DNA from: a virus
Virus record (IMG/VR): IMGVR_UViG_3300018059_000012
Coordinates: 11,471-75,470 of that record
Strand: one strand, 5' to 3'
Length of the DNA stretch: 64,000 bases
This document shows positions 9,992-19,746 of this stretch, in pieces. The notes under the pieces were generated by a model. It worked only from the letters and a program-made list of their open reading frames with translations, did not search any database and had not been told where the DNA came from. Each line of letters begins with the position of its first letter. Position 1 is the stretch's first letter. The position numbers were made by a program, and so were the translations under genes.

Positions 9992-10242
9992 TGCCACGGA
10001 TGCATTACGAACGGATCATGCTCCATGGGAACAAGAAAGCAATATGCGCAACCAACGCGACGACCGCACAACTGACCGAGCACGTGAACGTCGTGACTTG
10101 CCTCGATTGTATCAAACGTTTGAAACGAGCCGGGAAGATGGCGGGGCTCGTCGTTGCATCATCGTGCCCCCATGGTTGCGGCCCAGCGAGCGCGTGCAGA
10201 CAGAACGGCCGTACGCCTGCCGGTTCTGCCGAACAGGCCTGA
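9988..10242 (+). CDS. Cys-rich hypothetical protein (overlaps alternative ORF 10044-10403)
   Basis: VTCLDC motif; frame choice ambiguous. Confidence 0.45.
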   Translation: MMPRMHYERIMLHGNKKAICATNATTAQLTEHVNVVTCLDCIKRLKRAGKMAGLVVASSCPHGCGPASACRQNGRTPAGSAEQA

Positions 10243-10502
10243 CATACATGACGAGCCCCCATCTCTGCGAGCAGATGGTGATGGCGAGCGAGCATGACGG
10301 AGGTCTCGCAGAGCGTGTTGACTGGTGTCGACGGACACTCAGGCAGGCGTTCAAGAAGATCTTTGATCGCTACGAGATCGAAGATGTGGTGCTGGGGATA
10401 TGACGCCCTGGCATTTGCTGAACAAGCGTGATTGGTTGGCGTCGTGCCGGGAGGCGCTCACACGAGGTCGTATCACTGCTGTCCAACGACACAGGGAGAC
10501 CG

Positions 10503-11981
10503 ATGATGAGCGATCCAACGACGGACAGTCCAGCAGTGCTTCTGAACAGACCAGAGGGCGGATCCGAACTCCAGGGTCGTTCACCTGGCGTGGCAGAGGG
10601 CCAGCCTGAGTCTACCCTTGATCTAGAGGGGAAAGATTCAACCCAGGCCCAGGACGGAGCACAGGCTAGGGGCTGGGAGCGGGGTATCCGGACCCCACCT
10701 GGGACCAGGCTGCTCAAGGTCCTGGTCCCGTCCTGCACTGATCAATTCCTGAATGTCTGTCTCGCGTCGATGGAGCGGAGTCAGCCAGGCTCCACCGGCA
10801 GCGTAATCATCGGGGACAACGGCATCAGTGAGGAGCTGAAGCGGAAGTATCCACAGGCGGTGTACATCCCGATTCCCAAGCCGTTCGTCTTCGCCAAGGC
10901 GGTAAACCTCATGGCGCAGGCGGCGGGGCAGTACCTCACGCAGATCCGCGACGACAACCAGAAAGACTTCATCGGGCCGGATCTCCTGGTGCTCAACGAT
11001 GACTGTGAGGTGGAGAGCATCCACTGGCTGCACATGATTCAGCAGGCGCTAAGTCTGCCTACCCATCAGGACTACGGGATGCTGAGCCTGGAGATCAATG
11101 GCGGGGTGGGCAACGACGAGCAGAAGGTCACACATCAGAATCCCGACGGGCTCACCGAAGTGGAGAAGCCGCTGATGTTCGTAGCGGTGGTGATCCGGAA
11201 CGAGTGCTGGCAGACCGTGGGCCCACTCGATGAGCGCTTCGTCGGCTACGGCTTCGATGACAACGACTACAACGTCAGGGTGAAAGCGGCAGGATTCAAG
11301 TGCGGGGTGATGGGCGCGGCCCGTGTCAAGCACGGGATGGGCGGCTATCCCCATTCCTCCTCATACGCCAGGATCTACGGGCAGGCGGAATGGAACAGAC
11401 TCTACGAGATGAATGGCCGGCTGCTCAAGCACAAGTATGGAGTGAAGGAAGTCACCAACCGGCTCTGCCTGAACATCGGATGTGGAGATCAGCCCAAGGC
11501 GAGCGAAGGCCTGGACCGCTGGTTGAACATGGACATTCAGAACTTTCCTGGTGTGGAGATCGTCAGGGATCTCCGCCGTGGCATCCCGGTGCCTGATGAG
11601 ACGTTCGATCACGTCCTGCTTGACAACGTGCTCGAGCACTTCGAGTCCGAGGATGTGGTCTTCATCATCAATGAGATCGATCGGATCCTCAAGGTCGGTG
11701 GGACGGCGGAGATCATCGTCCCGCACTGCATGGTCGGGCAGGGTGCCTATCAGGACCCGACACACAAGAGCTTCTTCGTGCCCAGGTCAGTGCTGTACTG
11801 GAATCAGGAGATGAGTGCACGCGGTGGGAAGTTCGTGGGGATCTCCGCGAACCTCATCCCCTACCCCGATGCCGCGAAGGGCATCCAGGTCTACGGGGAT
11901 TCGACGCACACCGAGGAGTTCATCCGCTTTATCCTCAAGAAGAAGGCATGGGACAATCCTCGCCCGGTGATCACGTTCTGA
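10503..11981 (+). CDS. GT2 glycosyltransferase fused to class I SAM methyltransferase
   Basis: FAKAVN, VLNDD, GPLDERFVGYGFDDNDY; C-terminal LNIGCG, NVLEHF, RILKVGG, DPTH. Confidence 0.9.
   Translation: MMSDPTTDSPAVLLNRPEGGSELQGRSPGVAEGQPESTLDLEGKDSTQAQDGAQARGWERGIRTPPGTRLLKVLVPSCTDQFLNVCLASMERSQPGSTGSVIIGDNGISEELKRKYPQAVYIPIPKPFVFAKAVNLMAQAAGQYLTQIRDDNQKDFIGPDLLVLNDDCEVESIHWLHMIQQALSLPTHQDYGMLSLEINGGVGNDEQKVTHQNPDGLTEVEKPLMFVAVVIRNECWQTVGPLDERFVGYGFDDNDYNVRVKAAGFKCGVMGAARVKHGMGGYPHSSSYARIYGQAEWNRLYEMNGRLLKHKYGVKEVTNRLCLNIGCGDQPKASEGLDRWLNMDIQNFPGVEIVRDLRRGIPVPDETFDHVLLDNVLEHFESEDVVFIINEIDRILKVGGTAEIIVPHCMVGQGAYQDPTHKSFFVPRSVLYWNQEMSARGGKFVGISANLIPYPDAAKGIQVYGDSTHTEEFIRFILKKKAWDNPRPVITF
10622..10671. 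repeat. Dispersed ~50-bp CTAG element, copy A (inside CDS)
   Basis: TCTAGAGGGG..TCAAC..GGCTAGGG aligns with copies at 41584 and 62511. Confidence 0.6.
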
Positions 11982-12232
11982 TGGCTCAGCGCGTGGATGC
12001 GGAAGGGAAGTATCGAGGGATGTACGACCAGAAGCCGGTGATCGAGCGCTACCGTGACTGGCAATATCGGTGGGGACTCTACACCAGTGGGACACTCACC
12101 GGCCTGGGATTGACGTTCTATCTCTTTGTCTGGGCGATCGGCCTATCACTCGCGCTTCCAGTGGTGATCGGTCCGTTCTCCTGGTTCGTGAGAGCGTGGT
12201 GGTGGTTCTGGGCAGGCGGGACGGTGTGCTGA
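11981..12232 (+). CDS. Membrane protein
   Basis: Hydrophobic Trp-rich C-terminal half. Confidence 0.65.
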   Translation: MAQRVDAEGKYRGMYDQKPVIERYRDWQYRWGLYTSGTLTGLGLTFYLFVWAIGLSLALPVVIGPFSWFVRAWWWFWAGGTVC

Positions 12233-12400
12233 TGGCTGAGTACAGCGTGATGCGGGCGATGTACCTCTGCTACCTGTTCACGTGGGATCGCCCGGCGTAC
12301 GAGCGTGAGATGATGAAGCCATGAAATCGATCATGGTGAGCATTGGGCTCATCATCGTCATGTTGATCGTGGTGCCATTCATCATGAGACTCTTGGGGCG

Positions 12401-12736
12401 GTGGTGGTGATGACCAGGCGTGAGTTGTTCAGGCAGGTGTTAGGGACCACCGCGACGGCGATGATTCCAGTCGGGCTGCGCATGCCGCAATGGTACGGGA
12501 CGCTCGGGCAGTGGATGCATCACAGCGAGTATGGTGTCCGTCGTCTCGAGAAGCTGAAGCAGCTCGTGGAAGTCCCAGGCAGCGCATTCAGCACGATCCC
12601 ATCAACGTTCATCACGTACAACACGCCAGGCTTCACGCGATTCACCGGATGGGTGGGACACTACGAGACTGCACCCGCGCGCATTCTCGGGTGGATGGAT
12701 CAGTCAGGGCGTGTGTGGTGGGCCAAACAACCCTAA
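12401..12736 (+). CDS. Hypothetical protein with twin-arginine-like N-terminus
   Basis: MTRRELF; start uncertain. Confidence 0.55.
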   Translation: MVVMTRRELFRQVLGTTATAMIPVGLRMPQWYGTLGQWMHHSEYGVRRLEKLKQLVEVPGSAFSTIPSTFITYNTPGFTRFTGWVGHYETAPARILGWMDQSGRVWWAKQP

Positions 12737-12750
12737 CAGGAGGACCGATC

Positions 12751-12957
12751 ATGGCCAAGAAGAAAGACGACGAAGAGGGTGCTGAGGGTGGAGCGCCCCA
12801 GCGCGGGTCGTTCGAGTCGGTGAAGGCGGAGCTGGTCCAGCTCGAGCAGGAAGTCAACGCGGCGATCCGGGTCAACGAGATCGGGGAACGGAGTGAGGTC
12901 GATCAGATCCTGACCACCATGCAGCGTCGCCTCCGCGACGTCAACAAGACTGTGTGA
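12751..12957 (+). CDS. Hypothetical protein
   Basis: AGGAGG SD; coiled-coil. Confidence 0.75.
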   Translation: MAKKKDDEEGAEGGAPQRGSFESVKAELVQLEQEVNAAIRVNEIGERSEVDQILTTMQRRLRDVNKTV

Positions 12958-12980
12958 TCTTATACGATGAGTGAGCCGGC

Positions 12981-13310
12981 ATGTCTAGGCAGCGCCATAT
13001 GATCAAGGGTTCGAACGGCGGTGTGACGTGGAAGTATGTTGGTGGTGCCGCGATCGGCCTGGTCATTCTTGGTGGCAGCGGCTGGCTGACATTTCAGCAG
13101 AGTCAACTCGGCGGTGTTTCCGTGGCTGTGGAGAGGACGAAAGAAAAGCTGGCTGAGCAGACGACGGATCAGGCGGTCACCAAGACAAAGGTGCAGGACA
13201 TCGACCGCAAAGTCGATGAGGTGCGGAAGGATGTCGCTGACATCAAGAGCACGCTTCAGCAGATCCTGATCAATCAGCAGATCCAACAACTCCGCGATCC
13301 GAAGCGTTGA
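12981..13310 (+). CDS. Membrane-anchored coiled-coil protein
   Basis: One transmembrane segment then heptad repeats. Confidence 0.7.
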   Translation: MSRQRHMIKGSNGGVTWKYVGGAAIGLVILGGSGWLTFQQSQLGGVSVAVERTKEKLAEQTTDQAVTKTKVQDIDRKVDEVRKDVADIKSTLQQILINQQIQQLRDPKR

Positions 13311-13338
13311 TCATGAACGACACAGGAGGGTAAGCGGG

Positions 13339-13605
13339 ATGGACAGGCGAGGATTCCTCAGGTACTTGCCGATGCTGCCAACATTGCCGGCAGTGGCGAT
13401 GCAGCACATCACTCCGATACAGAAGATCATGACGAGCGAGACCACGAGGCCGACACTCATGAAGGGTGGGCTCTTCAAGACGCGGCAGTCGTGGGAGGTG
13501 CTCGCCAATGGTGGTAAGCGGATCATCGAGCATGTGACCTGGGTGACCGTGAACAACGAAACCATACCCGGTAGTACGCGGTGGATCCAGTATGCAAGGC
13601 GTTGA
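13339..13605 (+). CDS. Hypothetical protein with twin-arginine-like N-terminus
   Basis: MDRRGFLR; AGGAGG SD. Confidence 0.6.
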   Translation: MDRRGFLRYLPMLPTLPAVAMQHITPIQKIMTSETTRPTLMKGGLFKTRQSWEVLANGGKRIIEHVTWVTVNNETIPGSTRWIQYARR

Positions 13606-14329
13606 AAGCGAGAGCGGTGGGGTCATGGTCGCTGTCCCATCCAGCGGTCTGACTCGCTACATCACCTTCGAGATGTCAGTCGAAGGGGTTTTCGTTCCAC
13701 GGCATTCCACGTATGCGCGGCCATCGAGCAGCAGCCCGGCGTGGAACCGGAATGAAATGATCAGGCGGGCCAAGCCGGAGATCTCCCACTTCTTCTTCGT
13801 CGATGATGATCACATGTTCGACCAAGAGCTGATCATGAAGTTGTTGGCGCACAAGCTGGAGATCGTCTGCTGCTTGACCCTGCTGAGCAAGCCTCACTTC
13901 TGGCCGGTGCTCTTCGCGGATGAGGTAAAGGTGAACGGCAAGACCAAGTGGCAGTCCGTGCCGTGGACGGAGTTGGATCACAAGACAGGGCTCTACGGCC
14001 CGGTGTGGGCAGCGGCAGGCGCTGGCATTCTCGTGGCGAAGACACTCACCGATCGCATTCCGGATCCATGGTTCGCGCTCGGGCAGTACTCCAAGGATGA
14101 GTGTCATGAGGATATGTACTTCTACGATCGGGTCCGTGAGGCTGGGGTGCCGATCTACGTCGATGTCGAGGCCGTGCTTGGGCACACGGCGCCATGTACG
14201 GCGATGCCGGTTCGTGGTGATGATGGGCTCTGGCGCGTCCAGCTCGTCTGGGAGAATGGGGAGACGGTCACCCTCGATCGCAAGGACTCGATGCTGAAAG
14301 CACAGATCCTTGCCGGAGCCAGGCCATGA
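13592..14329 (+). CDS. GT-A fold glycosyltransferase (GT2-like)
   Basis: RNEMI, FFVDDD, AGAGIL, DPWF, EDMYF, LGH. Confidence 0.85.
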   Translation: MQGVESESGGVMVAVPSSGLTRYITFEMSVEGVFVPRHSTYARPSSSSPAWNRNEMIRRAKPEISHFFFVDDDHMFDQELIMKLLAHKLEIVCCLTLLSKPHFWPVLFADEVKVNGKTKWQSVPWTELDHKTGLYGPVWAAAGAGILVAKTLTDRIPDPWFALGQYSKDECHEDMYFYDRVREAGVPIYVDVEAVLGHTAPCTAMPVRGDDGLWRVQLVWENGETVTLDRKDSMLKAQILAGARP

Positions 14330-14661
14330 ATCGCTTCATCGAGTTGCGTCTGGATGGACTGCTGCCGGAGCACATGCAGGGTCGGCAGGTCAACCCTGGT
14401 GAGTACCTCGGGCAGATCATGGTGATCAATCGTGCCTCGCACCCACTGGAGCGCGTCGAAGTGATCGATGAGACGCAGCGGATGGATGTCCTCTTCTCCA
14501 GTGTGCGTAATGGCGATGGTGTCCGTGAGCGCTTGCGGCTGGGAACGATCCTGCCTGGTGGGCGGGCTGTTTGCCATGCCAGGCTCTGCAAACAAGCGAT
14601 CGAGGGTCGCTTACAGATTCGCGTTGATGCGCTTGCACCAGTGGAGACGGTGACGGCATGA
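14326..14661 (+). CDS. Hypothetical protein
   Basis: ATGA overlaps. Confidence 0.7.
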   Translation: MNRFIELRLDGLLPEHMQGRQVNPGEYLGQIMVINRASHPLERVEVIDETQRMDVLFSSVRNGDGVRERLRLGTILPGGRAVCHARLCKQAIEGRLQIRVDALAPVETVTA

Positions 14662-14978
14662 ACATCATCTTCAGTCTCTCGCGGTACTTCTTCAAGCGGA
14701 CTAGTGTGTACGAGTGGGATCGTTGGACGATTCAGCTCCTCTGGATCCTGAAGATCAAGATCGATCGGCAGTGGGTGGATGATAAGCAGTACAATCCACT
14801 CTACTGGACGAGTGTGAGGATGTGGCGGTATCGACATCCGATCTGGTTCAGACGACAGATCGGGCTGCGCATTGATCGTTTGATGATCGATCGAAAGGTG
14901 GGCATGTTCTGGTTGAGTCGTGATCGTGGATCACGTGGGCGGTTGCTCATTCCATTCCGTCGTCTCAGGGTGAAGTGA
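14658..14978 (+). CDS. Basic hypothetical protein
   Basis: ATGA overlaps. Confidence 0.55.
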   Translation: MNIIFSLSRYFFKRTSVYEWDRWTIQLLWILKIKIDRQWVDDKQYNPLYWTSVRMWRYRHPIWFRRQIGLRIDRLMIDRKVGMFWLSRDRGSRGRLLIPFRRLRVK

Positions 14979-15238
14979 TGAGCGTCAAGCTTGGGAACGG
15001 CTTGGTGGTGCCGGATGAGGCGATCATCCTCGACATGGGGTCACGTGGGGAGCAGACCGGGAAGGTGGACTTTGCAGTCTGGTGCGTCCCGATGATTGCC
15101 TACAAGGGTGACGCGGCGGTAGTGCTCCAGGTCACGCAGAAGCCGATGACCCCACCGCAGCTCGCGACAGGCGTGATTCTCACCCGATCGATGCTGCAGC
15201 AGATGCTCGTCGACATTCAGATGCGGCCGCGATGCTGA
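14975..15238 (+). CDS. Hypothetical protein
   Basis: ORF tiling. Confidence 0.65.
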   Translation: MMSVKLGNGLVVPDEAIILDMGSRGEQTGKVDFAVWCVPMIAYKGDAAVVLQVTQKPMTPPQLATGVILTRSMLQQMLVDIQMRPRC

Positions 15239-15522
15239 ACGCCGAATCACGATTCAAGTGGGCAATCAAGGATGCCTGGACGAAGGGGATCTATCCCGGG
15301 CCGACGTTCTTGAATGCGCTCATCCACAACAGGAAGAGTGATAACCTCAATAGTCGTGAGACCACCTGGCGGCGTGAGGTGATGACAGAGCTGGGCATCC
15401 CACTCAAGCGCCCAAAGGGGAGCAAGGCGGCGAAGCGGCAGATGACAGGCAGACGTCCACGGGCGATCATCCCCAAGATTCTCTGCTGCATGAACACACC
15501 AGGGTGCCGCTGCTGTGCCTGA
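15232..15522 (+). CDS. Basic hypothetical protein
   Basis: ORF tiling. Confidence 0.6.
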   Translation: MLNAESRFKWAIKDAWTKGIYPGPTFLNALIHNRKSDNLNSRETTWRREVMTELGIPLKRPKGSKAAKRQMTGRRPRAIIPKILCCMNTPGCRCCA

Positions 15523-15733
15523 ACCCAAAAAGCCTCGGCGTCGGCGGATCACCAAGCCACGCTGTGGCTGCTGTGGGGCGACGATCTACGTGAGTCGGCA
15601 GCAGTGCCTGGTGATCATCGGTCACTTCGAGAAGGAGAACGGACAGGCCGAACAGTACGTCATGCCTGTGCATCTCGAGTGTGCGAAAACATCCAGACAA
15701 CTTGCCTTCGATGCGGGGATGCGGTGTAACTGA
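15515..15733 (+). CDS. Small Cys/His hypothetical protein
   Basis: CGCC...HLEC; abuts terminase. Confidence 0.55.
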   Translation: MPEPKKPRRRRITKPRCGCCGATIYVSRQQCLVIIGHFEKENGQAEQYVMPVHLECAKTSRQLAFDAGMRCN

Positions 15734-17523
15734 TGTTCTACCGAACCGGGATGCGCTATCTGGAAGTCCCGCCCGATCTAGAGGAGATCGAGCAGAGCGC
15801 TGAGGTCGAGCAACACCTGGTGAACGTCGCGTCTCGCTGGTTCATGAATCCTGTCGCCTTTGTCTGCGAGGTGCTCCAAGCCCAGCCCGATCCCTGGCAG
15901 TGTGATTTTCTCGATGCCGTTGCGGATCCAGACCCTGAGAGTGAGAACATCGCCCTCAGAGCGTGTCATGGTCCAGGCAAGACCACCACCTTAGCGTGGG
16001 CGATCGACTGGTTTGCGGCGACACACCCGTATGCGAAGATCCCCACCACTGCCCCAACATTCAACAAGCAGGTGCGAGATATTCTCTGGGCTGAGATCCA
16101 CAAGTGGTGGCGCATCGGCCTTGACAACCAGGAGATGCCCGAGGCGCAGTGGTTGCTCAATCAGTTCGAGCTCACCACCACCCGGCTCTACGCCAAGCAC
16201 GCCCCAAACGAGTGGTTCGCGGTCGGCATCGCCTCGTCAGAGCCGCTCAACATCGAGGGTTATCACAGCCCGTATCTCCTTGCGGTCTTCGATGAAGCCA
16301 AGGGCGTGAAGAAACAGATCTGGGAGTCTGTCCAGGGCATGCGCACCACCCAGGCTGCGAAGCTGATTGTGGCTTCTACCCCAGGCGGCCCACTCGGTGA
16401 ATTCTACAAGGTGTTCACGCAGTATCGGAGTACGTGGAAGCGGACGTTCGTCATTCATCCACGGGCGCTACAGGCGACGCTGAAGCGGAAGGAAGCCGCG
16501 CCGTACTCCAAGGGTGGGACGTACTACAGTGACCGCGTCAGGCCGGAGTGGATTCATGAGCGGGCTGAGGAGTGGGGCACTGACTCCCCGGCGTACATCG
16601 CCCGTGTCATCGGGGACTTCCCCACTGTTGAAGGCGATGTGCTCATCCCCTACTCGTGGCTCAGTGAGGCCGAGGATCGTGATGAGGGGGTGGGCGGGGA
16701 TCTCGCCGTGGTCTCCTGCGACGTGGCGCGGTACGGGCGGGACCGGACAATCCTCTTTGCCGGCAGCGGAGGGACGGTGAACTATGGTGAGAGTATCGCA
16801 CGGACGCCGGCGGAAAGCCTGTCCCCCGATGCCACAGAGGCAAACATTGGGGCAAATCCTCGCCAACCTCGGTATCGATCCGTCGACGCGACGGCTGACT
16901 CCTGTCGGCGAGTCCGGCAGATCACTGGTGGCGATGTCATCGTCGTCGACGACACGGGTGTTGGCGGTGGCGTCACTGACATCCTCCGACGCAAGGGTGA
17001 AAAAGTCATTGGTATCAATTTTGGTAGTGCCCCGACCGACCGTCCGAAGGATGCTGAAGAACGCGAGGCTCGCAAGCGCAAACACCTCCTCGACTCCAAG
17101 TTCGTCAACCTCAAAGCGGAGATGGCTTGGGCGCTCAGGGGGGCGTTCGAGTCAGGTCTGATCGGACTCGGGCAACTCCCACCCTCCATCAGAGATGCCC
17201 TCGTCGCGCAGTGCAGCATGGTCAAGTACGAACTGGATCAGTCAGGACGCATTCGCATTGTCGACCCTGATGAACAGGATCAACTCGCGGCGGCTGCTGG
17301 CACGCTCGAAGGCAGGAAGTCGCCTGATCACTTTCACAGCCTGATCCTCTACTGGTGGATCGCCGGGAACCTTGGCCGTGGCGTCAAGCCGAAGTCAGGC
17401 AGTCCGATTCCATCGGGCATCAAACGCTTGGGCTCGTCAGGGCAGGCGCAGCGCAGTATGACCCCGAACGCGCCACAGACACGCGGACCCGGGCAGGCAG
17501 GTTGGGTGAAACGGCGCTACTGA
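15733..17523 (+). CDS. terL: Terminase large subunit
   Basis: PWQ adenine motif, ACHGPGKT Walker A, VFDEA Walker B, STP motif III; nuclease SCDVA, VDDTGVG, KSPD. Confidence 0.95.
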   Translation: MFYRTGMRYLEVPPDLEEIEQSAEVEQHLVNVASRWFMNPVAFVCEVLQAQPDPWQCDFLDAVADPDPESENIALRACHGPGKTTTLAWAIDWFAATHPYAKIPTTAPTFNKQVRDILWAEIHKWWRIGLDNQEMPEAQWLLNQFELTTTRLYAKHAPNEWFAVGIASSEPLNIEGYHSPYLLAVFDEAKGVKKQIWESVQGMRTTQAAKLIVASTPGGPLGEFYKVFTQYRSTWKRTFVIHPRALQATLKRKEAAPYSKGGTYYSDRVRPEWIHERAEEWGTDSPAYIARVIGDFPTVEGDVLIPYSWLSEAEDRDEGVGGDLAVVSCDVARYGRDRTILFAGSGGTVNYGESIARTPAESLSPDATEANIGANPRQPRYRSVDATADSCRRVRQITGGDVIVVDDTGVGGGVTDILRRKGEKVIGINFGSAPTDRPKDAEEREARKRKHLLDSKFVNLKAEMAWALRGAFESGLIGLGQLPPSIRDALVAQCSMVKYELDQSGRIRIVDPDEQDQLAAAAGTLEGRKSPDHFHSLILYWWIAGNLGRGVKPKSGSPIPSGIKRLGSSGQAQRSMTPNAPQTRGPGQAGWVKRRY

Positions 17524-18080
17524 TGCGAAGCAGTGAGGATCTCTTGCTCACGCGGCGGCACCTGAGCATTGCCTGTGTTGGGAACGGGACGCCACGCGTG
17601 GCCAATGGCTCAATGATCGACCGCTTTGATGTTGTGATTCGCTTCAACAACTATCGCCTCGCCCCATACGAACATCTTGTCGGAGTCAAGACAACATGGC
17701 GGTGTACATCGGGATGGGGTGACATCGAGCGTCGGGTGTCGCACCCGGAGTTCAGTCCGTTTCGTGCTGATGCGCCACAATCACTCCATATCCCCTGGTA
17801 CACCGCGCGGCAACCTGAGCACCCACTCCGGACAGCGGAGTATGATATCAGACTGGACTGTCTCAAGCTTGGGATTCAGGCGCCGTCAACAGGCTTCGCC
17901 TGCCTGCTGCTTTGTGCAGCCCTGGCGATGTCGGTGACCATCTTCAATTTCGATGGTTTTCTCACACCACCCTACTGGACGCCTGATGCGCCGGTGATCA
18001 GCGGGCATAGTCGTGATGAAAGGGTGGCACTCAAAACCTTAATTGGGATGCAGCAACCAGGAGCAATGCGGCAAGTATGA
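17523..18080 (+). CDS. GT29 (sialyltransferase-like) glycosyltransferase
   Basis: Sialylmotif-L-like CVGNG...IDRFDVVIRFNN...VGVKTT; motif-S-like PSTGF...IFNFD; downstream H. Confidence 0.75.
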   Translation: MRSSEDLLLTRRHLSIACVGNGTPRVANGSMIDRFDVVIRFNNYRLAPYEHLVGVKTTWRCTSGWGDIERRVSHPEFSPFRADAPQSLHIPWYTARQPEHPLRTAEYDIRLDCLKLGIQAPSTGFACLLLCAALAMSVTIFNFDGFLTPPYWTPDAPVISGHSRDERVALKTLIGMQQPGAMRQV

Positions 18081-18093
18081 AAGGTGGTGCGTG

Positions 18094-19746
18094 ATGGATT
18101 CAGTCGGTAATGGACCGGAATCGAAAGACGTCTTGGCCGTGCTCGATGGGGAGCGGCAGCCAGGATCGGTGCTTGAAGGCAATGGGGTCAGACCCAAGGC
18201 GGGTGCGAAATGGGGGAAGTGGCTGAGCCTCCCGCAGTACGATCCGGATACGAAGTCCGGACCGAACAAGTTCATCACAAGCACCTACGAGTATGCCAAG
18301 CGGTTTGCGATCGTGGATCCGTCAATCGCGATCGGTGAATCCTGGAAGGGGGATGAGGCCAAACACGGTGTTGAGATTCCAGGATTGCCGAGCAAGATCA
18401 TTCCACGTGATGTCGCCGGTGTCATGCTCGTGCCGTCGCGTGAGGGGCGGCGCTGGCGGCCAGTGGAAGTCAGGAACTACGCCGAGCTCAGACAGCTCGA
18501 AGAAAGTCGCTGGGGCCGAGATAAGCGGCAGATGGAATCCTGGGGCCGATTCATGGAAGCGCCAGGGGAGCCGTATACACCATCAGGATTCTCCAACTCA
18601 CCCGGTGGCGATGCGACACGCCTGTGGGATACGGAATTCGTCCCGACGATGGGCGGGCCGTTCTACAAGCAGCTCTATATTCATGATTATCTCAAGATGC
18701 ATTCGACTGCGTTCGCGATGGTGAATCACAACGCGCTTGCCGCCGCGGCGATTCGGATCATGGAGCGGTTCACGATCGGGCGTGGGATCTCCTATGCGAT
18801 CAAGGATGATGAGGTCAGGAAGGTCTGGGACAAGTTCTGGCGGCGGAACAACATGAAGCAGAAGTTCAAGCAGATGGCGCGGGATCTCCCCTGGCAGGGT
18901 GAGCTCATGCTTCGATTCTACGAGAAGTCCAGGGGCGTGACGAACTTCAGGGTGCTCGATCCATCCACCTGCTGGGAGGTGGTGACCGACCCTGAGGACA
19001 TCGAGGAGGTGTACTACTACCACTTTCAGTGGCCGACGCCCTATCAGACCTGGGTAAGCGGGAATATTCCATCGTCACGGTACATCGTCCAACAGGTTCC
19101 GCCCACGAATATCATGCATATCAAGGTGAACATCAGCAGTCAGGAGAAACGGGGCCGCAGCATTCTCCTGGCAGCGATGCCCTGGCTCCAGCGCTTCAAC
19201 GACTTCTACAATGGGCAGACAATCAAGGCGGTGCTCGAAGCGAACCTGGTCTTCAAGATCAAGGTCAAGGGTGATCAGACCGACGTTGATAGCTTCCTCG
19301 AGAATCCGGCACTCACGGAGCTGCCACCCCCAGGTGGTGTCTGGATCGAGAACGAAGCGGTGGATCTGACCGCCACGAGCGCAGTGCTCACCGCCGGGAG
19401 AGGTAGTCAAGGGATCGGGCAGCAGATCGCGAGTATCGTTGCGGCGTCGATGTTGCTCCCGAACGAGTATTTCAACATCGAGTCTGGGGCGGCAGCCCGA
19501 GCGACAGCGCTGGTCAGGACGGATCCGGCGGTCAAGACCATCGAGGATCAGCAGCAGATTCTCAAGGAGACCGGGCAGCAGATCTTCGAGCGTGTCATCG
19601 CCGAGGCGATCAACGCTGGGGTGATTGATCCAAGCAAGGCCAAGCATGCCAACCCGGATACGACCATGGACAATGGGCAGGATGATGAGGATCGTGAGAT
19701 CAAGCCTATGCGAGCCCAGGCGCGGCTAGTCAGGACGGTGGCGTAA
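18094..19746 (+). CDS. Portal protein, main part
   Basis: Follows terL; N.LA.AAI...FTIGRG, QGELMLRF, IMHIKVN...EKRGRS.L. Confidence 0.9.
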   Translation: MDSVGNGPESKDVLAVLDGERQPGSVLEGNGVRPKAGAKWGKWLSLPQYDPDTKSGPNKFITSTYEYAKRFAIVDPSIAIGESWKGDEAKHGVEIPGLPSKIIPRDVAGVMLVPSREGRRWRPVEVRNYAELRQLEESRWGRDKRQMESWGRFMEAPGEPYTPSGFSNSPGGDATRLWDTEFVPTMGGPFYKQLYIHDYLKMHSTAFAMVNHNALAAAAIRIMERFTIGRGISYAIKDDEVRKVWDKFWRRNNMKQKFKQMARDLPWQGELMLRFYEKSRGVTNFRVLDPSTCWEVVTDPEDIEEVYYYHFQWPTPYQTWVSGNIPSSRYIVQQVPPTNIMHIKVNISSQEKRGRSILLAAMPWLQRFNDFYNGQTIKAVLEANLVFKIKVKGDQTDVDSFLENPALTELPPPGGVWIENEAVDLTATSAVLTAGRGSQGIGQQIASIVAASMLLPNEYFNIESGAAARATALVRTDPAVKTIEDQQQILKETGQQIFERVIAEAINAGVIDPSKAKHANPDTTMDNGQDDEDREIKPMRAQARLVRTVA

